DNA of 46,267 nt from Micromonospora sp. (GTDB lineage Bacteria > Actinomycetota > Actinomycetes > Mycobacteriales > Micromonosporaceae): contig JBARAE010000879.1 in NCBI GenBank assembly GCA_049791715.1, forward strand, positions 1-46,267. The letters run 5' to 3'. Below are positions 9,566 to 18,351 of the stretch, piece after piece; the first letter of the stretch is position 1; every line of letters starts with the position of its first letter. The position numbers and the translations under genes were made by a program. A model generated the notes under the pieces. That model saw only the letters and a list, made by a program, of their open reading frames with translations, ran no database searches and was not told where the DNA came from.

Positions 9566-10447
9566 TCACGGGCCGAAGGTGAAGGCGAACGCCCGTAGGC
9601 CGGGTTGGCTGGCGACGAGGGTCAGCAGGTGATCGTCCCGTGACGCGCCGTTGACCAGCCGAACCATGGCCGCCCGGTTGAGATACGCGACCGCGTCCGG
9701 GCCGACGTCCGCACCGCGCTCGTCGCCGATCGGTTTCCCATCGAGCAGCACCCTGACCACGGCCTCCCCGGAGGGTCCCGGGTCCACGACGAGGTTCACC
9801 TCGCCGGCGTTGAAGGGGAGGGTGAGCTCACCGGTGCCGCTCGCCAGTTCCACGTACTCGCCGTCGCTTCGCCAGTCGCCGGTCAGGTCGAAGGTGTCCG
9901 GCACGCGTTGGTCGGTGCCGACGTACGTCTCGGCGGTCACCCCGGCGTGGGAGGGCTGCCCCGTCGCGGCATACGCCATCACCTCCGGGCTGGTCGGCGG
10001 CAGCTCGGTTCCGGGCGCCCTGGCGACGAGGAGCCGACGGATCTCCGCCTCCACCTGGTCGTAGCTGCCCTCGCCGATCCACCGGTCGACGAGCCTGCCG
10101 TCCGCGCCGAACAGATACTTCGCCGGCCAGGCCTTGTTGCCCAACGCCCGCCAGACCGCGAAATCGTTGTCCAGGGCGATCGGGTAGGTGAGCCCGTGGT
10201 CGCGAATGCCCCGGTCGATGTTCTCGGCGCTCCTGCCGAACTCGAACTCGGGTGCATGCACGCCGATGACGACCAGGCCCCGATCGGCGTAGTCGCGGTG
10301 CCATGCCTTGACGTAGGGCGACGTGCGGATCCAGTTGATGCAGGTGTACTCCCAGAAATCAACCAGGACCACCTGACCGTCAAGCACATCGGCGGTCAGC
10401 GGTGGCGAGTTCACCCACCGCTCCACACGGAAATCAGGGATCGGCAT
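9566..10447 (-). CDS. DipZ-like redoxin (TlpA-type thioredoxin plus C-terminal beta domain) with CxxW active site
   Basis: WVNSPPL, VLVDFWEYTCINWIRT, VIGVHAPEFEF, AWPAKY, GEGSY and C-terminal AFAFTFG. Confidence 0.85.
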   Translation of the reverse strand: MPIPDFRVERWVNSPPLTADVLDGQVVLVDFWEYTCINWIRTSPYVKAWHRDYADRGLVVIGVHAPEFEFGRSAENIDRGIRDHGLTYPIALDNDFAVWRALGNKAWPAKYLFGADGRLVDRWIGEGSYDQVEAEIRRLLVARAPGTELPPTSPEVMAYAATGQPSHAGVTAETYVGTDQRVPDTFDLTGDWRSDGEYVELASGTGELTLPFNAGEVNLVVDPGPSGEAVVRVLLDGKPIGDERGADVGPDAVAYLNRAAMVRLVNGASRDDHLLTLVASQPGLRAFAFTFGP

Positions 10448-10830
10448 GGTCGTCTCTTCAGTGCCGGAGTCCGGAAGCGTCGAACCTGCCCACAGCCTAG
10501 TTCCGCGCCCGTACCCGCGAGCGGGAACGCTCAGTTCACCCCGCGGCGGGTGACCGGAACGCCGCCGCGTGTCCGTTCGGACCCCGCCGGTCGACGATGG
10601 CGTTCAGCTGTCTTCGGGGACGGCCATCTCGCCGAGCAGTGACCAGTCGTCCTGGGGAGCGGTCACGTTGACGATGCGGGCGTCTCGGCGAGGTGCGGCG
10701 GCAGCGTCCGCTGTGCGGTGCGGAAGTGGTCCGACTGCACGTGCGCCGCGCCCGCCTCCCCCTGGGGAAGGCTGCCCAGCCCGCCCGCGGCGCCCCCGAA
10801 GCTCCGGGGCGTCGACGGCGTCCTGCGACG

Positions 10831-10858
10831 GAGGCCCTCGGGACAACCCGGGGGCCTC
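10831..10858 (-). terminator. Probable terminator of the L,D-transpeptidase gene
   Basis: GAGGCCCTCGGG-ACAA-CCCGGGGGCCTC hairpin about 15 nt after the stop. Confidence 0.55.
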
Positions 10859-10872
10859 TGTCGTGGTCGGAG

Positions 10873-11625
10873 TCAGCGGTAGATGTGCACCGGGGTGCCG
10901 ACGCCGATGATCGGCCAGAGCCGGTTCATGGCCGGGACGGTGACCCGCACGCAGCCGTGGCTGGCCGGGTAGGTCGGCACGGACGTGGCGCCGTGCACCG
11001 CGTACCCGTAGTAGAAGTAGTTCGGCCGCCACAGCAGCCCGAGCGAACTCTGCCGCCAGCCGTCGATCCGGCGGGTGACCTTGAAGTTGCCGACGGGCGT
11101 CGGGGTGCTGGCCTTACCGCTCGACGCGTCCAGGATGCGCACGATGGCCCCGGCCCGCGCCAGGTAGACGACCTGCCTGCTCAGATTCGTCTCGACGGAG
11201 TAGCCCGAGTGGTAGTACCTGGGCTTGGGGATCACCGGTCGGTCGAGGGCTCCCCAAGTGATCGGTCCGACGATCCCGTCCCGGACCAGGCCGTTCACCT
11301 TCTGGAAGGCGACGACCCCGTGGTACGTCGAGTAGCCGAAGATCCCGTCGATGGGCCCGACGTCGTAGTGCAGCGCGGTGAGCCGGCGCTGCAGGGTGAC
11401 CACCGCCGCGCCGGTGGAACCCTGCCGCAGCGTCGGCTGCGTCGTGGCGAGCGTCTGGACGGTGACGGCGGCGACCGTACGGGTCGCGGTGGTGGTGTGG
11501 ACGCCGGCCGACGCCGAACCGGCGGCCACGAACAGGCTCCCGACGGCCACGAGGACTGCCACCCCGAGAGCCAGGCGGGACCGGTGGTGGGGTTGGTGGG
11601 TGGGGCTTCTCGAAGAGGAATTCAT
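10873..11625 (-). CDS. Secreted L,D-transpeptidase with peptidoglycan-binding domain
   Basis: Signal peptide; PG_binding_1 (LRQGSTG...FQKVNGLVRDGIVGPITW); YkuD motif AVHG...SHGCVR; GGAGGAGG RBS. Confidence 0.92.
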   Translation of the reverse strand: MNSSSRSPTHQPHHRSRLALGVAVLVAVGSLFVAAGSASAGVHTTTATRTVAAVTVQTLATTQPTLRQGSTGAAVVTLQRRLTALHYDVGPIDGIFGYSTYHGVVAFQKVNGLVRDGIVGPITWGALDRPVIPKPRYYHSGYSVETNLSRQVVYLARAGAIVRILDASSGKASTPTPVGNFKVTRRIDGWRQSSLGLLWRPNYFYYGYAVHGATSVPTYPASHGCVRVTVPAMNRLWPIIGVGTPVHIYR

Positions 11626-11731
11626 AGTCCTCCTCCTTTCCGAACTGCCACTGCCGACGGTAGTTCGGAGAGGCAAGGAACCGCTGCGGCCGAAAGGCCC
11701 GAAGCGGGAGCTCCGGCCGAGGATGACGTGC

Positions 11732-11763
11732 CGGTGGCCGGGCGCTGGTGCGCCCGGCCACCG
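11732..11763 (-). terminator. Probable terminator of the BNR-repeat gene
   Basis: Perfect 14-bp stem CGGTGGCCGGGCGC-TGGT-GCGCCCGGCCACCG. Confidence 0.65.
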
Positions 11764-11780
11764 TTCTCAACGCCGCACCG

Positions 11781-14540
11781 CTACAGCAGGCTGAGCGGCG
11801 TCTTCCAGATGCCACGGCCGTGGGTGGCCGCGTAGAGGTAGCCGTCCGCGCCGACCGTCAGGTCGAACACCGTCGTCAGCGGCAGGGCGCCGGTGGTGCC
11901 GGAGACGCCACCGATCCGCTTCCAGTCGCTCACCGCACCGGCGCTGTCGATCGTGCCGACCATCACGCCGTAGTCGGTCCCGACGACCAGCTTGCTGCCG
12001 TAGCGCACCACGTCGGTGCCGGGTACGTCCGGCGTGCCGGCCGACTCGTTCGTCCAGGTGACCTTGCCGTCCTTGGTGAGGACGCCCTTCCACACGTGGT
12101 CCTGCTGCGCGCCCGGGCCCTCGATGAAGCGGCGGTTGTAGCCGTTGAACACCAGGTAGACCGTGGCGGTGCTGCCGGTCACGCTGTCGATGTGGACGGC
12201 GCTCGGGTACCGCGAGGGCAGCCCGGTCATGTCCAGCTCGTGCCAGCTACCGCCGAAGTTGGTCTGCACACCGCGGGTGAAGCCGCCGCTGTTGCAGTTG
12301 CTCTCCCCGCACCAGGCCGCGACGACGACGTCCTTCGACGCGTCCCGCTTCGCGGTCGGGTCGGCCACCGCGTCGAGCCCGACCACCATGCGGCCGGTCG
12401 AGCCCAGCGTGGCCCGCTTGGTCCAGCCGTGGTTCGCCAGCGACTCGGCCTGCTCCTCGGTGGTGGAGAACCCGAGGTCGTGGGTCCAGATCGAGTTGCC
12501 GCCGGCGACCCAGCGCTCGCTCGCGTGGTCACCGGTGTTCTCCGAGCCCCGGACCGGCCGGAACGGCGCGGTGAAGCGGGGGTTGCTGTCCGGCACGGCC
12601 AGGTCGATGACGGCGTTCTTCGACCCGTCGGTCTGGCCGCAGGTGGTGGTCATCCAGAGCTCGAGGTAGACGTACTCGTCGAGGATGTGGCAACCGTTGC
12701 GCGGGTCGACGATGATGTCGCCGCCGTCGCCGCCGAACGGCGAGACCATCTCGGTGTTGCCCTGGTTGTCCTTGCGGTCGCCGCGCAGCAGCGAGCCGCC
12801 GTTGTCCTGCAGGCCGCCGGAGATCGCGTAGCCGCCCCGCTCGGGGTCGGCGCCGACGCCGACCGAGTAGTACTGCAGGGTGCCCAGGCCCTGGGAGAGG
12901 TTCGCCCAGTCCTTCGCATGGCCGAGGCTGTCCAGGGTCCCGTTGATCGGGCGCGACTTCACGCCGCCGTCGTTACCGACGTAGACCCGGTTGCCGTACG
13001 TGATGACCGAGTGCTGGTCGGAGTGGGTCGTCTGCGGGCAGGTGTTCTCCGCGTCGGAGATCGCCCAGCACTTCAGACCGAAGTTCCAGTAGGGACCCGG
13101 GGTGGTCCAGTTCGACCCGCCGTTGGTGGTCTCGTAGACCTCTTCGAGGCCCAGCCAGACGTGGTCCGGGTGCCCGGGCTCGGCCAGGATGAAGTTGTTG
13201 TACCAGGCCTGCACGCCCGGCCGGTAGTAGACGCCGTTGGCGCCGCTCAGCGCAGAGCCGGATGCCTGCAGCTTCCCGCTGTCCGCGATCTGCGTCCACG
13301 GGCCGGCGAGGGTGCCGCTGGCCGACTTGAAGACGCCGTAGAGCACGGTCATGGGGGAGTGGCTGAGCTTCGTCGGCGACTCGACCACGGCGTACAGGAC
13401 GCTCTTCTTGCCCGCCGCGTCGGTGCCCCATGCGAACTCGGTGTTGCCGACCTGCTGGTAGCCGAGGGCGCCCTGCGGGTTCACCTGGGTGAAGCTGTCA
13501 CCGGTCTTGCTGTAGTAGAAGCCGTTGTAGCTGGCGTCCCCGCTGCGCCAGGCGGCGTTGGCCAGCACACCGCCGGCGCTGTCGATCGCGACGTCGTTGA
13601 CGATGTTCTTGTACGGCTGGCTGATGTTGCTGTCCGCCGTGGGGTTCGGCATGAAGACGTTGCTCCACGTCCTGCCCGCCACCGGCTTGTTGCTCTTGTC
13701 GAGCGGGTAGCGCCACAGGCCGCGGGTGGTGCCCGCGTACGCCCAGTGCGTCACGTCGTCGAAGCGGACCTTGTTGATACCGCGGCTCTCCAGCTCGGTG
13801 CCGCCGAGCCGGTCGGTGTCGGTGAACTGCGCCGTGCCCAGGTCCGCGCTGGCCGCCCGCGGGTTGCGGAACACACCCGCGCCAACGTACGAGGTGGCAC
13901 CGGTGTTGGCCTCACCGGTCGCGTACCAGAGGGCGCCGTCGTGGTACTCCAGGTCGCCGGTGGACAGCGACAGGATGCTGTCGGAGATCGCCTGCCACGC
14001 GCCGTCGTCCGCCGGGTCGTCGAGGTTGTTCAGCTTCTTGCGGAAGACACCGCCGTTGGCGCCGCCCGCGAAGAGGTAGCCGCCGCCGGCGGCGAGGCCG
14101 GTGACCCGCCCGGCGACGTAACCGGAGCCGCCGGAGGAGTTGGAGAAGTTCGGGTCGCGGTAGTTCGGGTCGTCCGCGTCGTAGGGCAGGTTGGTCACCT
14201 CGGACCAGGTGCTGCCGTTCGAGCCGAGGGACCGGAACTCACCGAGGCTGGTGGAGAGCTGGCCGGCGGCGACGGAACCGTACGGTGCGAGCCGCGCGTT
14301 GGCCACGGAGGTGATCGAACTGAAGATTTCCGAGGACTCGGACTCGGGGTCGCCGACGATGCCTTCGACGCCGCGCCCTTCCTCTTCCTCCTCACCGCCA
14401 ACTTTTTCCAGATAGCCGCGGTAGTGCGGCTCGTTGTCGTCCATGTTGTAGAGCAGGCCTGCGGTGGTGACCGCCGCAGCGGCGACCACGGTGGCGGTCA
14501 CCGCCGCGATCCGCCTGCGCCTGGTGAGCAGCAAGGCCAT
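11781..14540 (-). CDS. Large secreted BNR/Asp-box repeat beta-propeller protein (putative glycosyl hydrolase)
   Basis: 919 aa; Arg-rich plus hydrophobic signal; Asp-box-like ETTNGGSNW and QTNFGGSW; HSDQH, GNDGG, GGLQDNG, GGDGG, AATHGRGIW motifs. Confidence 0.8.
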   Translation of the reverse strand: MALLLTRRRRIAAVTATVVAAAAVTTAGLLYNMDDNEPHYRGYLEKVGGEEEEEGRGVEGIVGDPESESSEIFSSITSVANARLAPYGSVAAGQLSTSLGEFRSLGSNGSTWSEVTNLPYDADDPNYRDPNFSNSSGGSGYVAGRVTGLAAGGGYLFAGGANGGVFRKKLNNLDDPADDGAWQAISDSILSLSTGDLEYHDGALWYATGEANTGATSYVGAGVFRNPRAASADLGTAQFTDTDRLGGTELESRGINKVRFDDVTHWAYAGTTRGLWRYPLDKSNKPVAGRTWSNVFMPNPTADSNISQPYKNIVNDVAIDSAGGVLANAAWRSGDASYNGFYYSKTGDSFTQVNPQGALGYQQVGNTEFAWGTDAAGKKSVLYAVVESPTKLSHSPMTVLYGVFKSASGTLAGPWTQIADSGKLQASGSALSGANGVYYRPGVQAWYNNFILAEPGHPDHVWLGLEEVYETTNGGSNWTTPGPYWNFGLKCWAISDAENTCPQTTHSDQHSVITYGNRVYVGNDGGVKSRPINGTLDSLGHAKDWANLSQGLGTLQYYSVGVGADPERGGYAISGGLQDNGGSLLRGDRKDNQGNTEMVSPFGGDGGDIIVDPRNGCHILDEYVYLELWMTTTCGQTDGSKNAVIDLAVPDSNPRFTAPFRPVRGSENTGDHASERWVAGGNSIWTHDLGFSTTEEQAESLANHGWTKRATLGSTGRMVVGLDAVADPTAKRDASKDVVVAAWCGESNCNSGGFTRGVQTNFGGSWHELDMTGLPSRYPSAVHIDSVTGSTATVYLVFNGYNRRFIEGPGAQQDHVWKGVLTKDGKVTWTNESAGTPDVPGTDVVRYGSKLVVGTDYGVMVGTIDSAGAVSDWKRIGGVSGTTGALPLTTVFDLTVGADGYLYAATHGRGIWKTPLSLL

Positions 14541-14798
14541 GGGGATGCCTCCTGGGAGGTGGGGAGGCCCGTGGTATGCGGGCTGAGCAGAAGGTAGTGC
14601 TCGATACGCCCGTGTGGAATAGGTCTTCCCGCGAAATTTGCCCTGGGCAACCGGGTGGGTGGTTTGACCTGATCTTCAAGCAGCGTGGCGGGGCGCTCCC
14701 CCGGCGTCGGTCGCGGCTGTTAATTGCCTTGAAGCAACAAAAGATAAATCCACATATTGCAGTATTTGCCGCTTCTGTTCCCGGGCGTGACCGCAGGA

Positions 14799-16631
14799 TC
14801 AGTGGCCACGATAGAGCATCTCGATCTCCCCGGCGTGACGCCGCTGCACCACCTCGCGCTTGATCTTCAAGGTCGGGGTGAGTTCGCCGCCGGCCTCCGT
14901 GAAGTCGTCGGGCAGGATGCGGAAGGTCTTGATGGCCTCCGCCTTGGAGACCGACCTGTTGGCCGCGTCGACCGCGGCCTGGATGTCACCGCGCAGCGCC
15001 GGATCGTCGCGCAACTCCGCCACCGAGGCGTCCGGGTGATCGTGCGCGGTCCGCCAGCGGGCCCACTCCTGCGGGTCGATGGTCACCAGCGCGGCGATGT
15101 ACGGCCGGCCGTCACCGACGAGCATGCACTGACTGACCAGGGGGTGAGCGCGTACCCGATCCTCGATGGGCTCCGGAGCGACGTTCTTGCCCGCCGCGGT
15201 CACCATGATCTCCTTGCGGCGTCCGGTGATCCTCAGGTACCCGTCGGCGTCGAGGCTGCCCAGGTCGCCGGTGCGAAGCCAGCCGTCGGCGGTGAACGTC
15301 TCGCGGGTCGCGTCCGGGTTGTTCCAGTAGCCCGGGAACACCACGTCGCCGCGGACGAGGACCTCCCCGCCGTCGCCGACGGTCACCTCCACGCCGGGCA
15401 GCGGCCGGCCGACCGTTCCGATCCGCATCGCCGACGGTACGTTCGCCGCCACCGCCGGGGACGTCTCGGTCAACCCGTACCCCTCCAGCACCGTGAGGCC
15501 GGCCCCCCGGAAGAAGTGCCCGAGCCGCTCGCCCAGCGGGGCGCCGCCGACGATCGCGATGCGGCACCGCCCGCCGAACGCCGCTCGCAGCTTCCGGTAG
15601 GCCAGCAGGTCGAACACGCCCCGCAGCAGCCGGAGGACCGGACTTGGGCCGGACGGCGTGTCCAGCGACCGGCTGTACCGCACGGCCACCCGGTCCGCGG
15701 CGGTGAACAGCCATCGTCGGTGCTCGTCGACGGCCTTCTGCCGGGCCCGGCTGTGCACCTTTTCGAACACCCGCGGCACCGCGAGGATGAACGTCGGCCG
15801 GTACCGACGCAGCTCATCCAGCACGCCGCCCATGCTGGCGCTGTGCACCATCGTCGCCCGCTTCCGCACCATCGCCACCTGGATGAGCCGGGCGAACGCG
15901 TGCGCCAACGGGAGGAAGAGCACCGTCGAGGCGCCCGGATGGAACAACTCCGGCAACACCGCGGTCGCGCTGCTGGTGTCGACGGAGATGTTGCGGTGCG
16001 TCAGCACGCAGCCCTTCGGCCGGCCCGTCGTGCCGCTGGTGTAGACGATCGTCGCCGTATCCCCACCGGACACCGCTCGGCGTCGGGCCTCGACCCGCTC
16101 GTCGTCGAGCGCCCGGCCCCGGTCCGCAACCCGGATCAGGTCACCGGAGTCGATCTGCCACACCTGGCCCAGTTCCGGCAGGCCGTCTCGCAGGCCGGCC
16201 ACCATCGCGGCGTGCTCGGCCGTCTCCACGACGCAGGCCACCGCGCCGGAGTCGGCGAGGATCCAGGCCACCTGCTCGGCGCTCGAGGTGTCGTAGACGG
16301 GGACCGTCACCGCCCCGATCGACCACAATGCGTAGTCGACAAGTGTCCACTCGTACCGGGTCCGGCTCATCAACACCACCCGGGCTCCCGGGTCCACGCC
16401 CGCTGCGATCAGCCCGCGCGCGAGTGCCACCACGTCGTCCCGGAACTGCGCGCAGGTGACCGCAGACGTGCCGCCCGGCTCGGACCGGTGCGCCGGCCAC
16501 GACCGGACGTCCGGGTCCGTGCGCAGGAACTGCACCGCGCCCGGGTGCCGCCCCGCGTTCTCCCACACCACGTCGGCCAGACCCGCCAGCTCGCCGCCGG
16601 TGACCTTCGGCTCCACCTTGACGCCTCGCAT
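14799..16631 (-). CDS. fadD: Long-chain fatty acid--CoA ligase (AMP-dependent synthetase)
   Basis: YTSGTTGRPKG, EGYGLTETS, WLRTGDLG, GRRKE, GKNVAP and LTPTLKIKR motifs. Confidence 0.9.
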   Translation of the reverse strand: MRGVKVEPKVTGGELAGLADVVWENAGRHPGAVQFLRTDPDVRSWPAHRSEPGGTSAVTCAQFRDDVVALARGLIAAGVDPGARVVLMSRTRYEWTLVDYALWSIGAVTVPVYDTSSAEQVAWILADSGAVACVVETAEHAAMVAGLRDGLPELGQVWQIDSGDLIRVADRGRALDDERVEARRRAVSGGDTATIVYTSGTTGRPKGCVLTHRNISVDTSSATAVLPELFHPGASTVLFLPLAHAFARLIQVAMVRKRATMVHSASMGGVLDELRRYRPTFILAVPRVFEKVHSRARQKAVDEHRRWLFTAADRVAVRYSRSLDTPSGPSPVLRLLRGVFDLLAYRKLRAAFGGRCRIAIVGGAPLGERLGHFFRGAGLTVLEGYGLTETSPAVAANVPSAMRIGTVGRPLPGVEVTVGDGGEVLVRGDVVFPGYWNNPDATRETFTADGWLRTGDLGSLDADGYLRITGRRKEIMVTAAGKNVAPEPIEDRVRAHPLVSQCMLVGDGRPYIAALVTIDPQEWARWRTAHDHPDASVAELRDDPALRGDIQAAVDAANRSVSKAEAIKTFRILPDDFTEAGGELTPTLKIKREVVQRRHAGEIEMLYRGH

Positions 16632-16672
16632 GCGCCCACGCCCCCTGGCTCTCGACCGACGCGACGGCGCGA

Positions 16673-16933
16673 CTAGCGGCTGCCCTTGAGCTGCCGGTGG
16701 AGCCGCTCCGGATCGCGGACGAAGTCCACCCCCGTGTCCCGGACGCGGGAGAAGTCGTCGATCATGTGCTGCACCTCGCCCGGGGTGAACCGCCGGTCCT
16801 CGTCACCCTCCTTCTGCAGCCACGTGATCACTTCGTCGTAGTTCTTCCAGTCCCGCTTGCCCATCAGGCGCTCGATGTCGGTGACCTCGTAGTCCTTCTG
16901 CATGGCCTGGCTGGACGGGTCGTGGATCTTCAT
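16673..16933 (-). CDS. Small acidic hypothetical protein (86 aa)
   Basis: MKIHDPSSQAMQKDY...; GGGGAGGAG RBS; GC-biased codon usage. Confidence 0.75.
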   Translation of the reverse strand: MKIHDPSSQAMQKDYEVTDIERLMGKRDWKNYDEVITWLQKEGDEDRRFTPGEVQHMIDDFSRVRDTGVDFVRDPERLHRQLKGSR

Positions 16934-16970
16934 CAGCTGCTCCTCCCCGTACGGCGGGTCCTCGCCGCGA

Positions 16971-17045
16971 GTCCCCGAGGCGTACGCGGACAAACGCCCC
17001 CTGGCACGCGGACGCTTCCCGTTTGTGGCCGGTGGCCCCGGGTAG
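16971..17045. promoter_or_regulatory. Divergent pair of SigB/SigF-type promoters
   Basis: Plus strand GTTT-N15-GGGTAG (17021-17045); minus strand GTTT-N15-GGGGAC (16995-16971). Confidence 0.55.
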
Positions 17046-17081
17046 CCAGCCTGTCTCCGCGACAGGAAGGACGGGAGCGGC

Positions 17082-17471
17082 ATGGCTGAGCTGGAGTTCT
17101 TCGAGAAGGTGGCGGCACGGGCGGGTGTCCCGCCGCAGGCGGCGCAGTCCCTGACCGAGGCCACCCTGCGCACGCTCGCGGAGCGGATCAGTGGCGGCCA
17201 GGCGGCCGACCTGGCCGACCACGTGGCGCACGAGCTACGCCCGTTCCTGGCCAGGGCCCGGCCGGAGGAGCCGGAGGCGTTCGGGTACGACGAATTCCTG
17301 CGGCGGGTGGCGGACCGCGCGGGGGTGGATGAGGCCGCCGCCGAGCGGGGCGCGGGGGCCGTCCTGCAGACCCTGCACCGCGTGGTCGGGCACCAGGAGT
17401 TCGAGGACACGATGGCGCAACTGCCGACGGAGGTTCAGGCCCTGGCACAACCGGTGCCCCGCAGTGCGTGA
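17082..17471 (+). CDS. DUF2267 domain protein
   Basis: FFEKVAARAG...ATLRTLAERISGGQAADLA...FLRRVADRAG...AQLP pattern. Confidence 0.8.
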   Translation: MAELEFFEKVAARAGVPPQAAQSLTEATLRTLAERISGGQAADLADHVAHELRPFLARARPEEPEAFGYDEFLRRVADRAGVDEAAAERGAGAVLQTLHRVVGHQEFEDTMAQLPTEVQALAQPVPRSA

Positions 17472-17499
17472 GCAGACCGGCAACCCCCGGGTGCGCGTT

Positions 17500-17702
17500 T
17501 AGGGCGTGTCCTGCCGATCTGGTAGCGGTGGGTTGTTGACGATGTTCCGGTGGTACGCCGTGGTGAGGTGACCGACGAGGCCTGGGCGGTGATCGACGCC
17601 GCTGCTTCCCGAGCCGATACGCCAAACGCGCATCCCTCTACCGCGCCAGCCGGGTCCTCATCGCCGCGATCATCTGGCTTCCATGATCGACAAAAAACCT
17701 AG
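17500..17702 (+). mobile_element. Internally deleted IS5-family element (relic)
   Basis: Starts TAGGGCGTGTCC; transposase N-terminus VVRRGEVTDEAWAVI(E)PLLPE with a frameshift, joined to C-terminus RYAKRASLYRASRVLIAAIIWLP*; ends at CTAG. Confidence 0.7.
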
Positions 17703-18274
17703 TTGCTGCGTTTGCTGGCGTCGAGGGCAGCCTGCTCCACTCGCTGGCGGTAGTCCAGCCACCATGGCTCGTCTGCGGGGGGCAGGTTGTCGTTCCTGGG
17801 CAGCAGCCCGGCCGTGCCGTCGATGAGTTCGCGCACGATGTCAGCGTGGCCGGCGTGCCGTTGTGTTTCCGCGATGACGTGGACCAGGACGTGGTGCAAC
17901 GTGACCGCTGCATCCCCCCACCACGGCACGCGGCCGACATCATTCAGCGCAAGGGCTTCGATGGTGGTGTCGGCGTGGGCGATCGCGCGACGGTACAAGT
18001 CGACGATCTCCTCGCGGGTCTCATCCGCGGTCGCCCACATGTCGGCATTGGTTTCCGCTTCGTCGCCGACGTACGGCAGCTCCTGCTCGAACGGCCGGCC
18101 GAACACGACACCGAAGTAGAGGATCTCGCAGACCGCCGAGTGTTTCACCAGACCGAGCAAGTTGGTGGCGGTCCGGGTCAGCGGGCGCCGAATATCGTAT
18201 TCGCTGAGCCCGTCGAGCTTCCACAGCAGCGCGTCGCGGCCGCCCGTCAAGTAACTGTGCAGGTCTGCCTTCAC
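17699..18274 (-). CDS. DinB family (DUF664-like) protein
   Basis: ALLWKLDGLSE, TNLLGLVKH, HVIAETQRHAGHADIVRELIDG. Confidence 0.9.
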   Translation of the reverse strand: MKADLHSYLTGGRDALLWKLDGLSEYDIRRPLTRTATNLLGLVKHSAVCEILYFGVVFGRPFEQELPYVGDEAETNADMWATADETREEIVDLYRRAIAHADTTIEALALNDVGRVPWWGDAAVTLHHVLVHVIAETQRHAGHADIVRELIDGTAGLLPRNDNLPPADEPWWLDYRQRVEQAALDASKRSN

Positions 18275-18351
18275 GGCGCCACTATGGCATCCGGTCGGGT
18301 GTCGGCGCTGCCCCGGATGATCCACAGAGATCATGATCGGCAGGACAAACC

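Noticed and set aside
10600..10700. Possible gene remnant (RIVNVTAPQDDWSLLGEMAVPEDS*)
   Set aside because: No start, RBS or recognisable family
11626..11780. c-di-AMP (ydaO/yuaA) riboswitch before a cell-wall gene
   Set aside because: The characteristic GAATC, GGGGAACC and CCCGTCAGCTAAC-like segments are not visible
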